64,000 nucleotides of DNA, taken from IMG/VR virus record IMGVR_UViG_3300031992_000053, positions 1 to 64,000 of that record; one strand, given 5' to 3'. Below the pieces are notes generated by a model. The model searched no databases. It was not told the DNA's origin and worked only from the letters and a program-made list of their open reading frames with translations. Below are positions 58,926 to 64,000 of the stretch, piece by piece. Made by a program: the position numbers and the translations under genes. This stretch comes from a virus. Its lineage: Duplodnaviria > Caudoviricetes. Positions within the stretch are counted from its first letter, which is position 1. Each line of letters begins with the position of its first letter.

Positions 58926-59403
58926 ATTTAACAGCAATTTGCCCTCTTGAAATCATTTTCTCTAATTTGGATGCGACATCTTTTGTCATTGGGCGTTCTC
59001 CAGTAAGAATTTTACGAAGTTGAGATTGAGCACCCTCTTCTGTATGGTCTGGAAATACACTTCTTGCCACAGCAGCAATATCGGTGTTTTCCATGTCTAC
59101 TGTATTTTTAATGCTATCTGAATCACCTTTACTAATTTTTCTATGTTTTCTTTCGTAGTCGTTATAGTCGTAATACATTTTACCACCGTTTTTTGTTCTA
59201 CGAAGTTTCTTTGTTCCTTTTTTCTCTTTTTCAGCTTTCTTTTTTAACTGACGTTCTTTTCTCAAATCCTCACTAGATAGGTTTGATTTTCCTTTATATG
59301 CTTTTAGCAAGTTTTTAATGTCATCAAGTACACTTTCTGAAAGTATCTCTCTGTTAACGCACTCACTAATTGTTTTTTGGATAATATTATCTATTCTATT
59401 CAT
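58924..59403 (-). CDS. basic protein with degenerate tag and C-terminal HTH-like region
   Basis: MNRIDNIIQKTISECVNREILSE and IAAVARSV...SQLRKILTGERPMT. ATATTTAT on the minus strand at 59432-39. Confidence 0.55.
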   Translation of the reverse strand: MNRIDNIIQKTISECVNREILSESVLDDIKNLLKAYKGKSNLSSEDLRKERQLKKKAEKEKKGTKKLRRTKNGGKMYYDYNDYERKHRKISKGDSDSIKNTVDMENTDIAAVARSVFPDHTEEGAQSQLRKILTGERPMTKDVASKLEKMISRGQIAVK

Positions 59404-59468
59404 ATTAATTTTATTTATAACGTTATATACCATAAATATCATTTTATTGCAAAAAAAGTGTTAAAACA

Positions 59469-59502
59469 TTTGGTTATTCCAATTTTTTTTCATATCTTTG
59501 CA
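59469..59502 (+). promoter_or_regulatory. sigmaA-type promoter (no upstream hairpin arm)
   Basis: TTTGGTTATTCCAATTTTTTTTCATATCTTTGCA. Confidence 0.75.
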
Positions 59503-59532
59503 TTACGATTTGAAAACAACAAAAATAAGCAT

Positions 59533-61209
59533 ATGAATACAAAGACAGCAACAAAGACAAACGCATTTATTAATGCAGCAAACTTTAGGTCTACAACTTT
59601 GACAGAGAATGGTGCAGTAACAAATGTTACGACTGGCAGCGCAATTGTTGACCAGTTTGGTAAGGCTGGTAATTTCAGAGGCCGTCCAATTGAGGAGGTC
59701 TTTGCTGACCAATCTCGTATTTGGGAGGAGAATGCAGAGGCTGCTTTGCGTTTTCCATTTTACCTCCGTATGGTAACACGTAAGGTCAAGGTGAACGCTG
59801 ACAATGAAACCGATAAGGTTCAGAATGGACAAGGTGCTCGTGATGAGTCGTTCAAGCGTTTGCTTTGGATTGCAAAAGAGAAGCCAGAGGCTTTCTATAA
59901 CAACATTTGGGCATTGCCACTTGTCGGTTCATGGAAGGACATGTGGACTCTTATGTTCTATGACATCAAAGAGGATTTGAATGTCATCAATCAAAAGGCA
60001 ATGTTCGAGATTATCGCACAAGGTTTGCTTTGCGACACTCACGTTGACCTTGTTAAGAAGTATATGCCTCGTATTGAGAGCCGTAGCAAGTGTACGACTG
60101 ATTGGAACAAGATAACGAATGACCTTGCAAAGGCATTTGCATCTTTCATGGGTATTTCTTACAAGGAGTACAACAAGACAAAGAGTAGTGGTAATGCGCA
60201 TACATTCCAAAAGCTCATTTGTTCTCGTAACTATGATGCTTTGAATTGGAATCATATTCCAGGTCGTGCCCTTAACCTTCTTGTGACTAGCAAGTTCCTT
60301 TCTAATCACAATTTGAGAGACACTTATACAAAGTGGATTATGCAGCAGCCAGTTGCTAAGTTCACTGGTTACGTTTTCGAGCTTGCACGTAAGCTTCGTG
60401 AGGCTCGTGGCAGCAGAGGCTATTACAGCGCACCAAAGACCATACCAGTTGAGGTAAAGCATACTCTTGACGCACAGTTTAAGGGTCTTGTTGATAAGGC
60501 TCGTGCTGATGGCAAGATTACTGAGAACGTATGGTGCTGTTTGGATACTAGCGGTTCAATGAATAAACGAGTGGATGGTCTTAATGACATCACTTGCGAG
60601 GATATTGCAAGTTCGCTTGCTTTGTTTTTCTCTGACTTGAACACTGGTCCTTTCCACAATAAGGTCATTATGTTCGATAATGTTTCTACTCCATACGATA
60701 TGGTTGGTGATTCATTCTGTGACCGCATCATGAACTTACCTAGTGTAGGTTGTGGTGGCACAAACTTCCAATCAGCAGTTGATGTGATTATCGACATTAG
60801 GAAGAAGCATCCAGAAATCCCTCTTGAGCAGTATCCTACAACTATCTTGGTTGTGAGCGATATGCAGTTCAATCCAGTTAATTATGGTTGGAGCTCAAAA
60901 CGTTCAGAGCCAACTAACTATGAGTATTCTGTGAAGTCGTTGAAGACTGTATTCCCTGAAGAGTTCGTGGACAACATGAAGTTCATTTGGTGGGATTGCG
61001 CTTCTAGACATGGTAACACCCATTATGAGGGTAAAAGTATCGAGCCTGGGTGTACTTTCCTTAGTGGTTTTGACCCTTCAATCATTACTATGTTGATGGG
61101 AGAGACTAAAGTTGTTGACGAGAAAACTGGTGAGGTACGACAAATGACTGCGGAAGAGTTGGTTGCGAAGGCTCTTAACCAAGAGATTCTTACATATGTT
61201 AATCTCTAA
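59533..61209 (+). CDS. TROVE/Ro60-like helical domain plus vWA protein (DUF2828-like)
   Basis: TLTENGA N-terminus, GQGARD, GSWKD, KYMPR, C-terminal MIDAS DTSGSM, GGTNFQ, VSDMQF, SGF. Confidence 0.75.
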   Translation: MNTKTATKTNAFINAANFRSTTLTENGAVTNVTTGSAIVDQFGKAGNFRGRPIEEVFADQSRIWEENAEAALRFPFYLRMVTRKVKVNADNETDKVQNGQGARDESFKRLLWIAKEKPEAFYNNIWALPLVGSWKDMWTLMFYDIKEDLNVINQKAMFEIIAQGLLCDTHVDLVKKYMPRIESRSKCTTDWNKITNDLAKAFASFMGISYKEYNKTKSSGNAHTFQKLICSRNYDALNWNHIPGRALNLLVTSKFLSNHNLRDTYTKWIMQQPVAKFTGYVFELARKLREARGSRGYYSAPKTIPVEVKHTLDAQFKGLVDKARADGKITENVWCCLDTSGSMNKRVDGLNDITCEDIASSLALFFSDLNTGPFHNKVIMFDNVSTPYDMVGDSFCDRIMNLPSVGCGGTNFQSAVDVIIDIRKKHPEIPLEQYPTTILVVSDMQFNPVNYGWSSKRSEPTNYEYSVKSLKTVFPEEFVDNMKFIWWDCASRHGNTHYEGKSIEPGCTFLSGFDPSIITMLMGETKVVDEKTGEVRQMTAEELVAKALNQEILTYVNL

Positions 61210-61226
61210 GAATAACATATAATCTT

Positions 61227-61262
61227 AAATGAGCATCAATGTGAATTGGTGCTCATTTTTTG
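61227..61262 (+). terminator. intrinsic terminator
   Basis: AAATGAGCATCAAT-gtga-ATTGGTGCTCATTTTT. Confidence 0.85.
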
Positions 61263-61340
61263 TTAAAACGTGTTAATATATTTTGTTAAGTGGCATATTT
61301 TTCATATATTTGCAAAAACGAAATAATATTTGTATAAACT

Positions 61341-61502
61341 ATGTTCTTTTTTTTCAAGAAAAGTAAATCAAGTAGGAAAAGGAAAAGAGGGAAAACAACA
61401 ACCCCTTCTAAAAAATATGGAATTAGCAGCACACAAATGGCTGCAATTTCTGAAACCATTATGAGGAAAAAAAGATTAATGGTTTATGTAGAGTCTTTCT
61501 GA
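61341..61502 (+). CDS. small basic hypothetical protein (53 aa)
   Basis: MFFFFKKSKSSRKRKRG... behind a sigmaA-type promoter at about 61282-61313. Confidence 0.4.
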   Translation: MFFFFKKSKSSRKRKRGKTTTPSKKYGISSTQMAAISETIMRKKRLMVYVESF

Positions 61503-61545
61503 TGAAACGGTGTTGAATGTTTAAATTTTAAATTAATAATATAAA

Positions 61546-62826
61546 ATGAATCCATTAATCAAAGAACTTGAAAAGAGGGGGCTGATTGCTAGTACTTCTG
61601 GAAACCTAGAAGAATTACTCAAAACTCCTACAACTTTTTATGTTGGTACTGACCCAACGGCAGATAGTCTTCATTTAGGGCATTTGCTTGCGTTTACAAC
61701 AGCCAAACTTTTGCAGAAGTATGGGCATAAGCCTATTGTTCTTCTTGGTGGCGCAACTGCGTTTATTGGAGACCCATCTTTTAAGTCAGAGGAAAGAAAA
61801 CTTTTGAGCGCAGAGACAGTTGCCCATAACATTAAAGGCATACATGCACAAGTTAGCAAGCTCCTCGATTTCAACTCAAACGAGGAAAATGGTGCAATTA
61901 TGGTTAACAACTATGATTGGATGAAAGATTTCTCTTTCATTGATTTCGCTCGTGAGGTAGGAAAATGTATTAGTGTAAACTATATGATGGCAAAGGAGTC
62001 TGTTAAAAAGCGTCTTGAACGTGATGGAAACGGAATGTCATTCACAGAGTTTACATATCAGCTTATACAAGGTTATGATTTTGTAGAGTTGTATAAGAAA
62101 TACAACTGCAAATTGCAAATTGGTGGTAGTGACCAATATGGCAATGGCACAACAGGTATCGAACTTATTCGCAGAATGGTCGGTGGACAAGATGCGTGTG
62201 TGCTGACTTGGCCGTTGGTGACAAAGGCTGATGGCACTAAATTCGGTAAGTCAGAAAAGGGTAACATTTGGCTTGATGGTGAGAAGACAAGTCCATATGA
62301 GTTTTATCAGTTCTGGCTTAATCAGTCTGATGAAGATTCTGAACGATTCATTAAGTTGTTCACAATGATTTCTCTCGAAGAGATTGACGAACTTATTGAA
62401 AAACACAGAGAGAGCCCAAGCAAACGTCTTTTGCAGAAAACATTAGCCGAATACATGACAGAAATGATTCATGGAAAGGATGCCCTTAATGGCGTTGAGC
62501 AAGCAACTGAATTCTTATTTGGTGGTGCTGATGTTAACGATATTGACGATAATGCTTGGAAATTCATAAAATCAGAAGTGCCAACGGTTGAAGTATCCAA
62601 AGATACGTTTGGTGATGGTATAAGTGTCATTGACCTTGCCAATATGCATGAGAAAGTTCCTTCCAAGTCAGAGGCTCGTAAACTTATTAAGGGAAATGGC
62701 TTTTCAATTAATAAGATTAAAGCGAATGCCGAAAAGGAAGTTGTTTCTAGTAAATACCTTATCAATGGTAAATATCTGCTATTAACAAAAGGTAAAAAAG
62801 ACCACTGTCTTGTAGTTGTAGGGTAA
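61546..62826 (+). CDS. tyrS: tyrosyl-tRNA synthetase
   Basis: YVGTDPTADSLHLGH, IGDPS, EFTYQLIQGYDF, QIGGSDQYGN, KFGKS, C-terminal S4-like domain. Confidence 0.97.
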   Translation: MNPLIKELEKRGLIASTSGNLEELLKTPTTFYVGTDPTADSLHLGHLLAFTTAKLLQKYGHKPIVLLGGATAFIGDPSFKSEERKLLSAETVAHNIKGIHAQVSKLLDFNSNEENGAIMVNNYDWMKDFSFIDFAREVGKCISVNYMMAKESVKKRLERDGNGMSFTEFTYQLIQGYDFVELYKKYNCKLQIGGSDQYGNGTTGIELIRRMVGGQDACVLTWPLVTKADGTKFGKSEKGNIWLDGEKTSPYEFYQFWLNQSDEDSERFIKLFTMISLEEIDELIEKHRESPSKRLLQKTLAEYMTEMIHGKDALNGVEQATEFLFGGADVNDIDDNAWKFIKSEVPTVEVSKDTFGDGISVIDLANMHEKVPSKSEARKLIKGNGFSINKIKANAEKEVVSSKYLINGKYLLLTKGKKDHCLVVVG

Positions 62827-62840
62827 TATTAAATAGTGTT

Positions 62841-62890
62841 AAAAAATTGAGGTAGTATTTGGCTATCTCAATTTTTTTTCGTATATTTGC
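62841..62890 (+). promoter_or_regulatory. fused terminator / sigmaA-type promoter
   Basis: AAAAATTGAGGTAGT-atttg-GCTATCTCAATTTTT, TTTG 62858-61, 20-nt spacer, TATATTTG 62882-89. Confidence 0.8.
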
Positions 62891-62900
62891 AAAAAAATAT

Positions 62901-63551
62901 ATGAAATACTTAACAGACGATTGGCTCAGAGAGTGGGTTAGAATACATTGTAAGACTAAAGAGGAATTAGAAAAAGAAAAAATTGCTCTTGAAAAAGAGA
63001 CAGCCAACATTTTTCTAAACAAAATAGATGACGTAGAGATTACTACAGAACCAATAATTTTTGATTCTAAAGAATTCTCTACAGATAGGGCATTTGCTGC
63101 CGCAATGCTTATCGCTGGGAAACATTATGCTGATACCGATGACATTATTGTGAGATATGCGAAGCCAGAGAATAAAGAAACACACGAGGTGTCTATTCAG
63201 TTTCATATTCTTAAGAGTAAGGCTAAAATATTTCAGAATCATGTAAGAGAAAACAATGTCTCATTTGAATTTGTATTATCTTCAAGCAATGAAATAAAGT
63301 CTTGCGTGAAATTACTGAATTCATTAGGGGTAAAAGGCGAAAACGGAGAGCCATTGTCATCAAAAGAAACTGATTATGCAAAGGATATGAAAGATTCCTT
63401 TAAGAATGGCGAGAACAAGGTATATGTGTTCGTGGAATACGACAAAGATAATGATACCGCACTATTGGGGTGGAACTTAGTAAATACAGACTATGTTGCA
63501 CCTAATTATAATGAGCTGAAAGCAAATATTGATTCTATTATTAAATCGTAG
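62901..63551 (+). CDS. hypothetical protein
   Basis: ATG at 62901 downstream of the promoter. Confidence 0.55.
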   Translation: MKYLTDDWLREWVRIHCKTKEELEKEKIALEKETANIFLNKIDDVEITTEPIIFDSKEFSTDRAFAAAMLIAGKHYADTDDIIVRYAKPENKETHEVSIQFHILKSKAKIFQNHVRENNVSFEFVLSSSNEIKSCVKLLNSLGVKGENGEPLSSKETDYAKDMKDSFKNGENKVYVFVEYDKDNDTALLGWNLVNTDYVAPNYNELKANIDSIIKS

Positions 63552-63556
63552 ATATT

Positions 63557-64000
63557 ATGGAATTGTTTATAGCGTTAATCGTCATAGTATTAGTCTACGC
63601 ACTAAAACAATCATATGATGAATTTCAAACAGATGAAGATAAAATAAAACAGTCTGTTAATTTGGATTACAATTACTTAGTAAATCAATGTGTAAGAGAC
63701 CATATTGTTTTGAATTGGCTGACTACACTAGAATCTAGGTTTAAGAAGTTTATTGAAAGCGATGAATATGCTACAACTGTACCATATGATAAGTTTATGC
63801 TTAATATTCCTCATAAAACTCATTCATATATTGCTATTAGAGCATTTATTACCGTAGATAAAAAACGCAATCTTAAATTAACTATCAGTTTTGGGTCGTC
63901 TGGGTATGATGAAGGTAGAAGTGATAAATATCTAAAATATTGTGTTGGTATTAACAGTGATGGTAGTGACAACGGTTTGTCTAGTTTTATCGAAAAATGC
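63557..64000 (+). CDS. hypothetical protein with N-terminal TM helix, 3'-truncated
   Basis: MELFIALIVIVLVYALKQ..., apparently open to the window end. Confidence 0.55.
   Translation, partial: MELFIALIVIVLVYALKQSYDEFQTDEDKIKQSVNLDYNYLVNQCVRDHIVLNWLTTLESRFKKFIESDEYATTVPYDKFMLNIPHKTHSYIAIRAFITVDKKRNLKLTISFGSSGYDEGRSDKYLKYCVGINSDGSDNGLSSFIEKC

Noticed and set aside
59377-59532. Track N-terminal extensions here and at 9071, 11082, 37715, 62859
   Set aside because: They translate promoter or terminator DNA (e.g. ...FFHIFA..., ...FFRIFA... from TAnnTTTGC), so downstream ATGs were used.
51690-62826. Bacterial chromosome or host-contig chimera, suggested by dnaK, dnaJ, infC and tyrS
   Set aside because: These genes are interspersed with phage-type ORFs, share the same promoter modules as the rest of the window and lack their usual bacterial neighbours (e.g. 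thrS-infC-rpmI-rplT).
1-64000. Alternative genetic code (TAG=Gln, as in Lak and some crAss-like phages)
   Set aside because: Long conserved genes are intact in the standard code with high coding density. TAG ends several genes at sensible positions (19062, 27098, 32526, 63551) and no CUA-anticodon tRNA is present in the window.
1-64000. Complete DGR cassette, retron or integrase within the window
   Set aside because: No reverse transcriptase or recombinase ORF recognised and no second copy of the putative VR noticed by eye. Only a candidate target gene is reported.

Overview
A 64-kb, AT-rich, gene-dense segment of a large (jumbo-type) tailed phage. The host is most likely Bacteroidota (Prevotella/Bacteroides-like), based on many TTTG-N19-21-TAnnTTTG promoters, BACON domains and Bacteroidota-like DnaK, IF-3 and TyrRS. 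It reads cleanly in the standard code. Contents: baseplate-like structural genes, an SbcD-like nuclease and SbcC-like ATPase, primase, RuvC-like resolvase, amidase, holin- and spanin-like genes, two sigma70-family factors, a Mom-like DNA-modification gene, ClpP, DnaK/DnaJ, IF-3, TyrRS, a TROVE/vWA-like protein, a repeat-rich tail fibre with a C-terminal S74-type chaperone, and a four-tRNA cluster. Most notable observations: (1) tRNA-Leu(UAA) interrupted at U^AA by a group I intron carrying an HNH endonuclease with its own late-type promoter; (2) a Gln(UUG)-anticodon tRNA on a Ser-like long-variable-arm scaffold; (3) about ten otherwise unrelated proteins sharing an IIRLTESDL..(V/I)L.E tag that looks like a capsid-loading/protease-cleavage signal and possibly a domain-shuffling cassette; (4) a probable remote DGR target gene; (5) repeated fused terminator-promoter modules; (6) an unassigned structured RNA before the tRNAs. 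All product calls come from motif recognition by eye. No database searches were run.
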